Positions 46,640 to 57,149 of a stretch of 64,000 bases of DNA are shown here, piece after piece. A program made the position numbers and the translations under genes. The notes beneath the pieces were generated by a model. It did no database searches. It was given only the letters and a program-made list of their open reading frames with translations, and was not told where the DNA came from. The stretch spans positions 5,536 through 69,535 of the forward strand of contig JAJZFS010000048.1 of NCBI GenBank assembly GCA_021805245.1, in the 5' to 3' direction. This stretch comes from Pseudomonadota bacterium (GTDB lineage: Bacteria > Pseudomonadota > Alphaproteobacteria > Micavibrionales > UBA2020). Each line of letters opens with the position of its first letter. Positions within the stretch are counted from its first letter, which is position 1.

Positions 46640-47401
46640 ATGCCCCAAAGGGTTTTGACCACCAGCGTTAATACGGGCTTCGTTAAAAATATCTCTTTAT
46701 TGTCCGGCCTCTCTGAGGTTGAAAAAGAAGAGCTGCTCGGGCATGGGAATGTCTATTCTTATCGCCGCAAGGAATCCCTGTTTAGACAAGGTGATCACGT
46801 CGGGCACTTTTACGTGATATGCAGCGGGATGGTCAAGTTATACCACAAAACACACGACGGCGCTGAAGTGACAACGGATATTTGCATCGCGGGAGATACT
46901 ATATGCACAACAGACATCTTCACCTCTTTCAATACCCATCCGACAAGCGCCGTCATCGTCCATGACGCCACCATTATGGAGTTCCCCGCAGAATGGCTCG
47001 TAGGGGCAGCTGAGAGGCATAGCAGCGTTTCATACAGCCTTCTCAAGACCGTTTCGCGACATTCGCGCATGGCGACTGTGGACGCAGCAAACTGGATGGC
47101 GATGTTGCCCGAACAGCGTATCGCCTGCTTCCTGAAGAAAACGTGCGTCAGTCAGGGGTTTAGTCCGGACGGATTCAATCTGCCCTACAGAAAAGGATTG
47201 ATCGCCTCATTGATCGGCATGCGGCAGGAAACGCTGTCGCGCGCCTTGCTCAAGTTGAAAGATATAGGAATTACGATAATGAACAAGCATGTTGCCCTTC
47301 ACGATCTGGAGAGTATAGACAAAAAGGTCTGCAAACAATGCCCCGGCGCGGAAGGCTGCTTTGCAAGAAAAGCCCTGATGACAAAACCGCCCGATGAATG
47401 A
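46640..47401 (+). CDS. Crp/Fnr-family transcriptional regulator with C-terminal CxxC-x5-C motif
   Basis: cNMP-binding-like beta roll (FRQGDHVGHFYVICSGMVKLY), HTH (RKGLIASLIGMRQETLSRALLKLKDIGI) and a tail ..KKVCKQCPGAEGCFARK. There is no N-terminal FNR Cys cluster. Confidence 0.85.
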   Translation: MPQRVLTTSVNTGFVKNISLLSGLSEVEKEELLGHGNVYSYRRKESLFRQGDHVGHFYVICSGMVKLYHKTHDGAEVTTDICIAGDTICTTDIFTSFNTHPTSAVIVHDATIMEFPAEWLVGAAERHSSVSYSLLKTVSRHSRMATVDAANWMAMLPEQRIACFLKKTCVSQGFSPDGFNLPYRKGLIASLIGMRQETLSRALLKLKDIGITIMNKHVALHDLESIDKKVCKQCPGAEGCFARKALMTKPPDE

Positions 47402-47421
47402 AACCGATGACGCGGCTTCGC

Positions 47422-47709
47422 TCACTCTCTCAGCTCCGGGCCCTTTTCATCCAGTTTGTCCATTTTTTCCAGCAAGAGCCGTTGTTGAGGTGAATAAAGC
47501 CCTTCAACCTCCGGAGAAAGACGGTGGGGGGTGACGCCAAGAGCATGACAGAGTTTGACAAAAGTGTCGATTCTGGGATTGGGCGTCCCTCTATGCTCGA
47601 TAATATCGCGCACAACCGTTGTCCCCAGCCGCGCCTTTCTTGAAAGGCTTGTGGGGTTCAATCCCTTTTTACGCATATGGAATACTAATCGTGTTTTAAA
47701 GTCATCCAT
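47422..47709 (-). CDS. XRE-family helix-turn-helix regulator (95 aa)
   Basis: HMRKKGLNPTSLSRKARLGTTVVRDIIEHRGTPNPRIDTFVKLCHALGV. GGAG RBS 8 nt upstream. Confidence 0.8.
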   Translation of the reverse strand: MDDFKTRLVFHMRKKGLNPTSLSRKARLGTTVVRDIIEHRGTPNPRIDTFVKLCHALGVTPHRLSPEVEGLYSPQQRLLLEKMDKLDEKGPELRE

Positions 47710-47723
47710 GATACAACTCCGAG

Positions 47724-47741
47724 ATTGAAAATATTTTCAAT
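47724..47741. promoter_or_regulatory. 18-bp perfect palindrome ATTGAAAATATTTTCAAT immediately upstream of the XRE gene RBS (candidate operator)
   Basis: Read directly. Its end lies 15 nt from the XRE ATG. Confidence 0.5.
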
Positions 47742-48049
47742 CGGCCAAGTGATTATCGTTATAGATTCTACGAAGAATAGTGAAGTATAAAGTTTCACAA
47801 GAAATAATGTGGAATTTCATACGCAGGCACACTGGGTTCGTTCACTGCGCCGCTATTTAGTAAGTTATTGGGGGCATTCCCACGCAAGCGCGATCACATT
47901 TTTCGCACATAAATAAAGAGAATGCTGCAGTTGTGATCTTCTATGTCAGACCAACCCCTCTCTATAAAGGTTGATTTTATCACGGGCGACTCAAAAAATC
48001 CATGTTCTTATTCGGAAAAAAATTGCCCGTCAGGGTGCGATGGGCGAAG

Positions 48050-48420
48050 CCTCAAACGCGCAAGCACGGGACAGACACTTTTGGCGTGCTTATTTTTTTC
48101 AGGTCAGCGGGATAAAACCATCGCCCTCGAAAGCTCAAACTATTCGCACAACAGCGCCAGTGCATGACAAAGCCGAGAACCGGGCGCAGGTTATTCCGAA
48201 TTGCATGCCGCACTCGTCAAAAGGATATTCCGGATCTCTCTTGAACCCGGAAGTCTTGTCAAGCGGCAGGCATACTTGAAGCAGGGAGGGGATAAGACTC
48301 CAAACGGGATCGCCCTTCATCGCGGCGGCCTGTATACCCCGCTGGCAAATCCCGTTTATATCGGGAAAGTGCGCCACAAAAAGCAACGTTATGGCGGGCG
48401 GCAGCCTGCCACGCACGGGA
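48050..48420 (+). pseudogene. Decayed serine-recombinase ('recombinase family protein') remnant
   Basis: Frame-broken pieces ..GQRDKTIALESS.., stop, ..ELHAALVKRIFRISLEPGSLVKRQAYLKQGG..LHRGGLYTPLANPVYIGKVRHKKQRYGGRQPA. They match the pattern A..VR.IF..YLELGS...L....G...F.RG.LY.LL.NP.YIGE..HKG..Y.G.H..I with deletions and a TGA. The catalytic domain is absent. Confidence 0.5.
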
Positions 48421-48429
48421 CAAAAGCGA

Positions 48430-48447
48430 TATTTTTCTATTTATTAT
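48430..48447. repeat. Left copy of 18-bp perfect direct repeat TATTTTTCTATTTATTAT
   Basis: Identical 18-mer to 54968-54985, checked base by base. Confidence 0.95.
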
Positions 48448-48805
48448 ACATTAACTTCAGCTGGGGATGCCTATTACCAGAATTGAACTCGCACTCATCG
48501 TTAAGGAAAGTTTGTAATTTCATAAGAATTTTCAGCGGTTTAGCAGAATCTAAGAGTAGATTTTCAACCGTTTCAGTCCCTCCGCTTGCCATCTCGCCAA
48601 GCGCTTCATACTCCTGAACACAGGTTGTCAATGTATCTATGCACAGCGCCGGACCAGCATACGGCCGCGATGAACTCGGACTTCTGTCGAGCGCAACATT
48701 TCCATTTCTTCGACAATGCACATGAATTTGACCATAGTCTGACTTACGTCAAGCCTTGGCTGGACGCATAAGGTTAATATACCCCCTGAAATACATCCAG
48801 GATAA

Positions 48806-50588
<1,783 letters not shown>

Positions 50589-50592
<4 letters not shown>

Positions 50593-50864
50593 CAGAGGAC
50601 GAGCAACTGAAAAAGAAAGTGGAAAGGCAGGCAGAGCGCATGCGGCGGGCGGAAAAGGACAGGCCAACCTTACTGGCACAGACGTCATACATTACAACAC
50701 TCGGTCTGGTGTTCATCATGCCGGTGATCGCGGGCGCCTATCTCGGTCAATGGTTCGATTTGCATACGGCGGGATATTCCGTGCGCTGGACGCTCGGATT
50801 TTTATTTCTTGGCGCCGTCATCGGCGGCGTGAACGTCTATTATCTTATCGGAAAGAGACCTTAG
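50589..50864 (+). CDS. atpQ: AtpQ (AtpZ/AtpI-like, ATPase_gene1 family) small membrane protein
   Basis: 91 aa with two TM helices; ...GLVFIMPVIAGAYLGQWFD...WTLGFLFLGAVIGGVNVYYLI. Overlaps the atpC stop. Confidence 0.7.
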
Positions 50865-50866
50865 TT

Positions 50867-51562
50867 ATGACAGACACAGGCATGACAGCACCAGTTTTTT
50901 GGCAATACGGCCCGCTCACCCTCACTGACACGGTAGTGACGACGTGGGGCGTCATGCTGTTTCTCGTCTTTGCCGGATACATCCTCGGGCGGCGACTGAA
51001 GGATGAGCCGGGGCCGGCGCAAACGTCCGTGGAGGGCACCGTGATCGCCATTGAGGAAGCCATCGAAGGGGTGTTGCCGGGGCAGGCCCGCCGCGTTTTG
51101 CCGTTCATCATGGCCTTGTGGGTGTTCCTCGTGACGGCCAATCTTGTCGGCATCATCCCTGGACTGCATTCTCCGACGCGCGACCTCTCCTGCACTTCGG
51201 CACTGGCCCTGCTCGTCTTTCTTGCGACGCATTGGTTCGGCATCCGCATCGCAGGGCCAAAGAACTACCTCAGGCATTACCTCACGCCGAGCCCGGTCAT
51301 GCTGCCGTTCGAGATCATCAGCGAAATTTCACGCACAGTCGCTCTGGCCGTGCGGCTCTTCGGCAACATCATGAGCATGGAGATGATCGCATTGCTATTG
51401 CTGATGATCGCCGGATTCCTCGTGCCGGTGCCGCTTTTGCTGTTGCATGTCGTCGAGGCCCTTTTGCAGGCTTACATTTTCGGAATGCTGGCATTGATCT
51501 ACATCGCCGGCGGCATCCAGTCGCAACAAATCACCCAACAACACAAGGAGCGGGAAAAATGA
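50867..51562 (+). CDS. atpB: F0 ATPase subunit a
   Basis: 231 aa; the essential Arg lies in ALAVRLFGNIMSMEM. Starts 2 nt after the atpQ stop. Confidence 0.88.
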   Translation: MTDTGMTAPVFWQYGPLTLTDTVVTTWGVMLFLVFAGYILGRRLKDEPGPAQTSVEGTVIAIEEAIEGVLPGQARRVLPFIMALWVFLVTANLVGIIPGLHSPTRDLSCTSALALLVFLATHWFGIRIAGPKNYLRHYLTPSPVMLPFEIISEISRTVALAVRLFGNIMSMEMIALLLLMIAGFLVPVPLLLLHVVEALLQAYIFGMLALIYIAGGIQSQQITQQHKEREK

Positions 51563-51825
51563 CCGATTTGCACGGATTTATCACAGGATCGACGCTGGTG
51601 GCGGCGCTGGCCATCGCCATCGGCATTCTCGGGCCCGCGCTCGGCATGGGGCGCGCCATCGCGCAGGCGCTCGATTCCCTTGCGCGGCAGCCGGAGGCGG
51701 AAAAGGCGATCACGCGCACGTTGTTCATCGGTCTGGCGATGATCGAGTCGCTGGCGATCTACTGCCTGGCGGTCGTGCTGATCATTCTCTTCCGCAATCC
51801 CCTGTTGGCATACATGCTGAAATAA
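51559..51825 (+). CDS. atpE: F0 ATPase subunit c with Na+-type ligand set
   Basis: 88 aa: MTDLHGFITGSTLVAALAIAIGILGPALGMGRAIAQALDSLARQPEAEKAITRTLFIGLAMIESLAIYCLAVVLIILF... Residues Q44, E63, S64 and Y68 align with Q32/E65/S66/Y70 of the Ilyobacter tartaricus Na+-binding c subunit. Confidence 0.88.
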   Translation: MTDLHGFITGSTLVAALAIAIGILGPALGMGRAIAQALDSLARQPEAEKAITRTLFIGLAMIESLAIYCLAVVLIILFRNPLLAYMLK

Positions 51826-51834
51826 GGACGCGCC

Positions 51835-52578
51835 ATGCAGTTCGATCTTTCCACCTTCGTGCTTGAAATCTTCAACTTCCTCGTCCTCGTGTGGTTGTTG
51901 CAGCATTTCCTCTACAGGCCGGTGCGCGACATCATCGATCGCCGCCAGCGGGCGATTGAAAAAAGCATGGGCGATGCCGCGGCGGCGCGGCAGGAAGCGG
52001 AACAGCTAAAGACGCAATACGCGGCGCGTATGAGCGATTGGGAAACGGAGAAGCGCAGACTGCAGGATAAATTGCAGCAGGACTTGTCGGTCGAACGGGA
52101 ACAGCGCATGACGGCGCTGCAAAACACGCTCGCCGACGAAAGAAAGAAAACGGAGATTCTCGAGCAGCGCCGTCAGGCCGACATCATGCAAAAAAACGAA
52201 AGGGCAGCGATGGCGCAGGCGGGGCAATTCGCCGCACAACTACTGCTGCGTGCCGCCGGCCCCGCACTGAACGGCAGGCTCGCCGAGATTTTTATTAACG
52301 ACCTAAACAATCTTCCCGCCGACCGCCGCGTCGAGATCGAAAAGGCCGCAGCCGGCGCGGATGCACGCGTCATCAGCGCTTTTCCGCTTGACGGCGGCCA
52401 GCGGGAAAGCATAACCGCTGCACTGAAAGGCGTCACCGGAACCGCGATTGCCTGTACATTTTCCATCGATCCGGAGGTGATCTGCGGCGTGCGCATCGGC
52501 CTTGGCGCTTATCTGCTGGAAGGCAGTATTGCGGGTGAGTTGCAATTTTTCACCCGGAACTGGAGCGAGGCCGCCTGA
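51835..52578 (+). CDS. atpF: F0 ATPase subunit b with delta/OSCP-like C-terminal domain
   Basis: 247 aa with an N-terminal TM and a long coiled coil. The C-terminal ..[25 protein letters not shown]...[26 protein letters not shown] resembles the delta C-terminus. The operon has no separate atpH. Confidence 0.8.
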   Translation: MQFDLSTFVLEIFNFLVLVWLLQHFLYRPVRDIIDRRQRAIEKSMGDAAAARQEAEQLKTQYAARMSDWETEKRRLQDKLQQDLSVEREQRMTALQNTLADERKKTEILEQRRQADIMQKNERAAMAQAGQFAAQLLLRAAGPALNGRLAEIFINDLNNLPADRRVEIEKAAAGADARVISAFPLDGGQRESITAALKGVTGTAIACTFSIDPEVICGVRIGLGAYLLEGSIAGELQFFTRNWSEAA

Positions 52579-54035
52579 TGACAACGCTGTTGCAAAAGTG
52601 CGCCGACTGGCTGAAGGGATATCATTTCGCGCTCCGCATCACGGAACGGGGCAAGGTCGTTTCGGTCGGCGACGGCATCGCGTGGATCAAAGGATTGCCG
52701 TCCGCCGCCATAGACGACGTACTCTCTTTTACCGACGGCAGCCATGCCGTCGTTTTCGACCTTACGGACGAAATGATTGGCGCAGTGTTGCTGCATCAAA
52801 CGGAAAACCTGACGGCAGGCACGGAGGTTCATCTCCACGGCCGGCAACTGAGCATCGCTGCGGGAGACCAGTTGCTCGGCCGCGTCGTGGATTCGCTGGG
52901 GTTGCCACTGGACGGAAAGCCGCTGGACATCGCCGGCCATGTGCGCAGGCTGGACATTCTTTCGCCGCCGATTACCGCACGGGATTTCGTCAGGGAACCG
53001 CTTTACAGCGGCCTCAAAATCATCGATACGATGATCCCTGTCGGCAAGGGGCAGCGGCAACTGATTATAGGCGACATGGGGCTCGGGCGCAGCTCCATCG
53101 CCATTGACACGGTCATCAATCAAAAAGACAAAGACGTCCGCTGCGTCTACGTGCTGATCCGCCAGAAGCGCTCTGATGTGGTGAACACGCTTGAATTATT
53201 GCGCGCGCAGGGCGCGCTGGCGTACACGACCCTTGTCGTCGGCGAGGCGAGCGCACTGCCGGGGCTGGTTTATCTTGCGCCGTTTGCAGGCTGCGCGATT
53301 GCCGAGGAATGGATGGCGCGGGGGAAAGATACCTTGGTCGTTTACGACGATCTCACGGCGCATGCAGAAACTTACCGCGAATTGTCATTGCTCCTGCGCC
53401 GCCCTCCGGGGCGCGAGGCCTACCCCGGGGATATTTTTCATCTTCATGCGCGGCTGCTCGAGCGCGCAACCTGCCTGGCCAAAGAACAGGGCGGCGGCAG
53501 CATGACCGCGCTGCCCATCATCGAAACGCGGCAGGGCGAGATCGCTTCCTATATCCCGACCAATCTCATTTCCATCACCGACGGGCAGATCTATCTGGAT
53601 CAGGCCCTGTTCGCCGCGGGCTTTCGTCCGGCCGTCGATATCGCGCGCTCGGTCTCGCGCATTGGCGGCGCCGCGCAAAACAAGCGCATCAGCCATGAAG
53701 CCGGACGCATGAAGCTTGACTACCTGCAGTTTCTCGAATTGGAGATTTTCACGCGCTTCGGCACCAAGCTCGATCCGGCCATGGAGATGAAAATCCGCCG
53801 CGGGCGCATTTTGCGCGAAATCCTGAAACAGGATCGCCTGCATCCTTTGTCGGCCATCTATCAGCTGGCATGGATGATCGCCTTCAATGAAGGGCTCTTC
53901 GACGGTTTCGTGCCCGAGAACATCACCGCCATCATGGGGCTGCTCGAAAAAAAAGTCGGGATGTCAGGCCTGACGCTTGAAAGCGACCGCACTGACTGGG
54001 GGCAATCTCTCGCCGCCTGGCTGGGAAAGCCATGA
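52578..54035 (+). CDS. atpA: Alternative F1 ATPase subunit alpha (non-canonical P-loop)
   Basis: 485 aa; [26 protein letters not shown] is conserved. The P-loop reads GDMGLGRS where GDRQTGKT is expected. Confidence 0.9.
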   Translation: MTTLLQKCADWLKGYHFALRITERGKVVSVGDGIAWIKGLPSAAIDDVLSFTDGSHAVVFDLTDEMIGAVLLHQTENLTAGTEVHLHGRQLSIAAGDQLLGRVVDSLGLPLDGKPLDIAGHVRRLDILSPPITARDFVREPLYSGLKIIDTMIPVGKGQRQLIIGDMGLGRSSIAIDTVINQKDKDVRCVYVLIRQKRSDVVNTLELLRAQGALAYTTLVVGEASALPGLVYLAPFAGCAIAEEWMARGKDTLVVYDDLTAHAETYRELSLLLRRPPGREAYPGDIFHLHARLLERATCLAKEQGGGSMTALPIIETRQGEIASYIPTNLISITDGQIYLDQALFAAGFRPAVDIARSVSRIGGAAQNKRISHEAGRMKLDYLQFLELEIFTRFGTKLDPAMEMKIRRGRILREILKQDRLHPLSAIYQLAWMIAFNEGLFDGFVPENITAIMGLLEKKVGMSGLTLESDRTDWGQSLAAWLGKP

Positions 54036-54853
54036 CGAAGCGCCGCGAAGTCCTGAACCGGATCAAGACGCTCGGAGAAATCAGCGCCATCATGGGGGCG
54101 TTAAAAAACATCTCCACCATGGAGACGCGCAAACTCACGCGTTTTTTATCCAGCCAGCAGCAGGTGGTGGACAATATCGAGGATGCCGCAGCGGATTTTT
54201 TGCATTTTTACCCTCTTGATGCCGCCGTTGTGCTGCCGCCGTTGCACGTTGAGCTGCTGATCGGCTCCGAGCGCGGTTTTTGCGGCGATTTTAATACGGT
54301 CATTTTGCAGGGGTTCGAAAAACGGCGAAAAGACGGCACAGAGAAGGCTATCATTGTCGGGCGCAAACTTGCGTCGGAAATAATCCCTCTTTATCCTGAC
54401 ATGATCGCTCTCGCAGGCCCCGGTGTCGCAGACGAGGTGCACGCCATACTCGGCCCTCTTGTGGAGGCTTTAAACGATTTACGCCGCACGCACGGCATTT
54501 ATGCACTGACCCTTTGGTACCGCGACGACAAGGCGCCGCTGGGCGTGCGGAAAATACCGGTGCTGCCGCCCTTTGCGCAGGCGCATAAGCAGGATGTCGC
54601 GCAGGCTTTTCCGCCACGCCTTAATTTGTCTCCCGATCAATTTTTTGCCGAACTGGCCGACCATTATATTTTTGCTGTCCTGCATGCGGCCCTTTTTACC
54701 TCACTGATGACAGAGCATACGCAGCGCATCCACCACCTTGAGGGCGCCATACGCAAAATTGACGAACAGTCATCGACCTTGAAACAGAAAAGCAATCTTC
54801 TGCGTCAGGAGGAGATTACCGAGGAAATAGAAGAGATTATGCTTGGTGTATAA
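54032..54853 (+). CDS. atpG: F1 ATPase subunit gamma
   Basis: 273 aa; N-terminal ..[25 protein letters not shown] and C-terminal ..[16 protein letters not shown] coiled-coil ends are typical of gamma. Confidence 0.85.
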   Translation: MTKRREVLNRIKTLGEISAIMGALKNISTMETRKLTRFLSSQQQVVDNIEDAAADFLHFYPLDAAVVLPPLHVELLIGSERGFCGDFNTVILQGFEKRRKDGTEKAIIVGRKLASEIIPLYPDMIALAGPGVADEVHAILGPLVEALNDLRRTHGIYALTLWYRDDKAPLGVRKIPVLPPFAQAHKQDVAQAFPPRLNLSPDQFFAELADHYIFAVLHAALFTSLMTEHTQRIHHLEGAIRKIDEQSSTLKQKSNLLRQEEITEEIEEIMLGV

Positions 54854-54967
54854 CACCACAAGAAATGCGTATCGCGTTCGCAAGGAACCCACGTACGCCG
54901 TAATCCTCTCAAGGACTTAATGCTCAAGCTGCCCGGACTGCCGAAAGCCGCCACTGAGAAAACTGGC

Positions 54968-54985
54968 TATTTTTCTATTTATTAT
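54968..54985. repeat. Right copy of 18-bp perfect direct repeat TATTTTTCTATTTATTAT
   Basis: Identical to 48430-48447. It ends 16 nt before the 3' end of tRNA-Val. Confidence 0.95.
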
Positions 54986-55001
54986 CAATGATTTAAGTAG
55001 G

Positions 55002-55076
55002 TGGTGCGCGATGAAAGAATTGAACTTTCTACCCCTGCTATGTCAAAGCAGTGCTCTACCAATGAGCTAATCGCGC
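55002..55076 (-). tRNA. tRNA-Val (anticodon GAC), CCA encoded
   Basis: Minus strand reads GCGCGAT TA GCTC ATTGGTA GAGC A CTGCT TTGACAT AGCAG GGGTA GAAAG TTCAATT CTTTC ATCGCGC ACCA. This folds by eye into a 75-nt cloverleaf with a 7-bp acceptor stem, a GG in the D-loop and a TTCAATT T-loop. Confidence 0.85.
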
Positions 55077-55140
55077 ATATCATCCGCCTCAAACGGGATG
55101 AACGTATTTAGCATAGAACATAAATCCCGTGCAAGCCGTT

Positions 55141-56955
55141 TTAGGCGACAATCGCGGTCTCGGAGAGGCTCGAAACCTGCATTTCGTACAGTTTCTTGTA
55201 ATGCGATTCCGGCACCGCCAGCAGGCTCTGGTGGGTGCCCTGCTCGACGATACGCCCTTGATTAAACACAAGAATCCTGTCCGCCTGCTGGATGGTCGAG
55301 AGGCGGTGGGCGATGGTAATGGTCGTGCGGCCTTCCATCAGAACGTGCAGCGCCTTCTGGATGTAATGCTCGGAGACGGAATCGAGGCTCGAGGTTGCTT
55401 CATCGAGAATCAGAATCGGCGCGTCGGCCAGAATGGCGCGGGCGATCGCGACCCTTTGCCGTTCGCCGCCCGAGAGCTTCACCCCGCGCTCGCCGACCAG
55501 CGTGTCGTAGCCGAGCGGCAGGCCGGTGATGAAGTCGTGGGCGTAGGCCTTCTTCGCCGCCTCGACGATGTCCTCCTGCGTCGCGTGCGGCGAGCCGTAG
55601 GCGATGTTGTCCGACAATGACCGGTGGAACAAAATCGGATCCTGCGGAACGAGAGAGATCGCCTGGCGCAGGGATTCCAGCGTCACATGAGCGATGTCCT
55701 GCCCGTCGATGCGGATGCAGCCGCTATTCAGGTTATAAAGCCGCTGCAGCAGCTTGACGAACGTCGACTTGCCGCTGCCCGAGGGGCCCACCAGCGCAAG
55801 GCGCTCGCCCGAGGCGATGTCGATGCAGAGGTCGTCGTAAATCCTGTTGCCTTGCGCGGAATAGCGGAACTCCACATGGTCGAACGAGATCATGTCGGGC
55901 CGCGGCGCGCGGTTGACGACGAGCGGCTTTGCATCCGGCGCATCCACCACGTCGTCCTCGCGCATCCAGAAGACCACGGCGTCTTCCATGTCGCTCATCG
56001 CCCGCTGCAGGTGGTTGATGTGCATGCCGATGTCGCGCAGGTAGCCGCCGATGATGAAGAACGTGGTGATGACGACAACGATGTCGCCCGGCGAGGCGCT
56101 CCCCGTATGCCACAGCCAGATCGTCAGCGCCAACATCACGCCGTTCATCACGATGCGCAGCAGCGTGCGCACGCCGTCAGCGAGCAGCGCGACCTGCCAG
56201 GCATGGATGGCCTTGTCGCGCCACACGGCGGCGACCTTGGAGAACAGGCTTTCCTCGCGCGTTTCCGCGCCGAACGACTTTACCGTCGGGTTGCTGACGA
56301 TGATGTCGGCCAGCGTCGCGCCCATTTTTGTGTCCAGCGCGGCGGAGGCGATGAAGCGCGGCTTGAGGATTTTGACCGAGGCCCAGATGCTCAGGGCGCA
56401 GTAAATTACGATCAGCACGGCCGTCACCGCGCCGACCAAAGGCAGCTTGTAGCTCAGCATGATGGTGATGCTGATGACGATGGTCACGGCAGGCAAAAGC
56501 CCCATCAATATGGTGTCCTCGAACTGGTCGAAGGCCCACATGCCGCGGGTGATCTTGCGCACCGTGCCGCCGGCGAAGGTGTTGGCGTGCCAGTCGGCGC
56601 TGAAACGCTGCACCTTGCGCATGCCGTCGGTGACGATGCGGTAAAGGTTATGCACGGCGAAACGGTTCCAGCAGAACATCGAGCCCGTGCGGAATGCCAC
56701 GTTCAGCAGCGCCAGCACGACGAATCCCCAGAACGCCGCCAAAGCCTTGTGCAGCGCGGCGGCATCGTGCAGGCTGTGCTTGCTCATGGCGTCGACGATC
56801 CGTCCGGTGTAGATCGGCACGATCGAATCCATCGTCACGGCAGCCATCATCAACACGGCCGAGAGGATGCCGAGACGCAAGCCTTGTCTCCAATAATGCG
56901 TGGCGAAGCGCAGGACATCCCTGTACCCCGCCGTGTTTTCTTTCACGGACGTCAT
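55141..56955 (-). CDS. ABC exporter, fused permease-ATPase (MsbA-like, type I exporter)
   Basis: 604 aa with 6 TM helices; Walker [24 protein letters not shown], and ILILDEATS. Confidence 0.9.
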   Translation of the reverse strand: MTSVKENTAGYRDVLRFATHYWRQGLRLGILSAVLMMAAVTMDSIVPIYTGRIVDAMSKHSLHDAAALHKALAAFWGFVVLALLNVAFRTGSMFCWNRFAVHNLYRIVTDGMRKVQRFSADWHANTFAGGTVRKITRGMWAFDQFEDTILMGLLPAVTIVISITIMLSYKLPLVGAVTAVLIVIYCALSIWASVKILKPRFIASAALDTKMGATLADIIVSNPTVKSFGAETREESLFSKVAAVWRDKAIHAWQVALLADGVRTLLRIVMNGVMLALTIWLWHTGSASPGDIVVVITTFFIIGGYLRDIGMHINHLQRAMSDMEDAVVFWMREDDVVDAPDAKPLVVNRAPRPDMISFDHVEFRYSAQGNRIYDDLCIDIASGERLALVGPSGSGKSTFVKLLQRLYNLNSGCIRIDGQDIAHVTLESLRQAISLVPQDPILFHRSLSDNIAYGSPHATQEDIVEAAKKAYAHDFITGLPLGYDTLVGERGVKLSGGERQRVAIARAILADAPILILDEATSSLDSVSEHYIQKALHVLMEGRTTITIAHRLSTIQQADRILVFNQGRIVEQGTHQSLLAVPESHYKKLYEMQVSSLSETAIVA

Positions 56956-57149
56956 ATTCGTAGAACCATTTATGAATTTGGGTTAAGCGCGCGCATTGTC
57001 ACTGTATATTTTCCGGCGCAACTTGTCTATAATAACTGGTAAGATTGATACACAGTGATGCAATATTACAACATCTATAACGCATCGCCGTACTATCCTT
57101 GAAGCCTGAGCTGTTCCGCGATAAAAGGAAAAACAGGGAAAACATATAG

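Noticed and set aside
47724-47741. FNR/CRP box identity for ATTGAAAATATTTTCAAT.
   Set aside because: The half-sites are TTGA-N8-TCAA, whereas FNR/CRP-type boxes have N6 between the TGA/TCA cores. It is more likely the XRE protein's own operator.
48437-48721. The 94-aa minus-strand ORF in the N-ATPase leader as a cassette gene.
   Set aside because: I recognised no RBS or motif, it ends inside the left direct repeat, and it lies in an AT-rich region where random ORFs are expected. It cannot be supported without a database hit.
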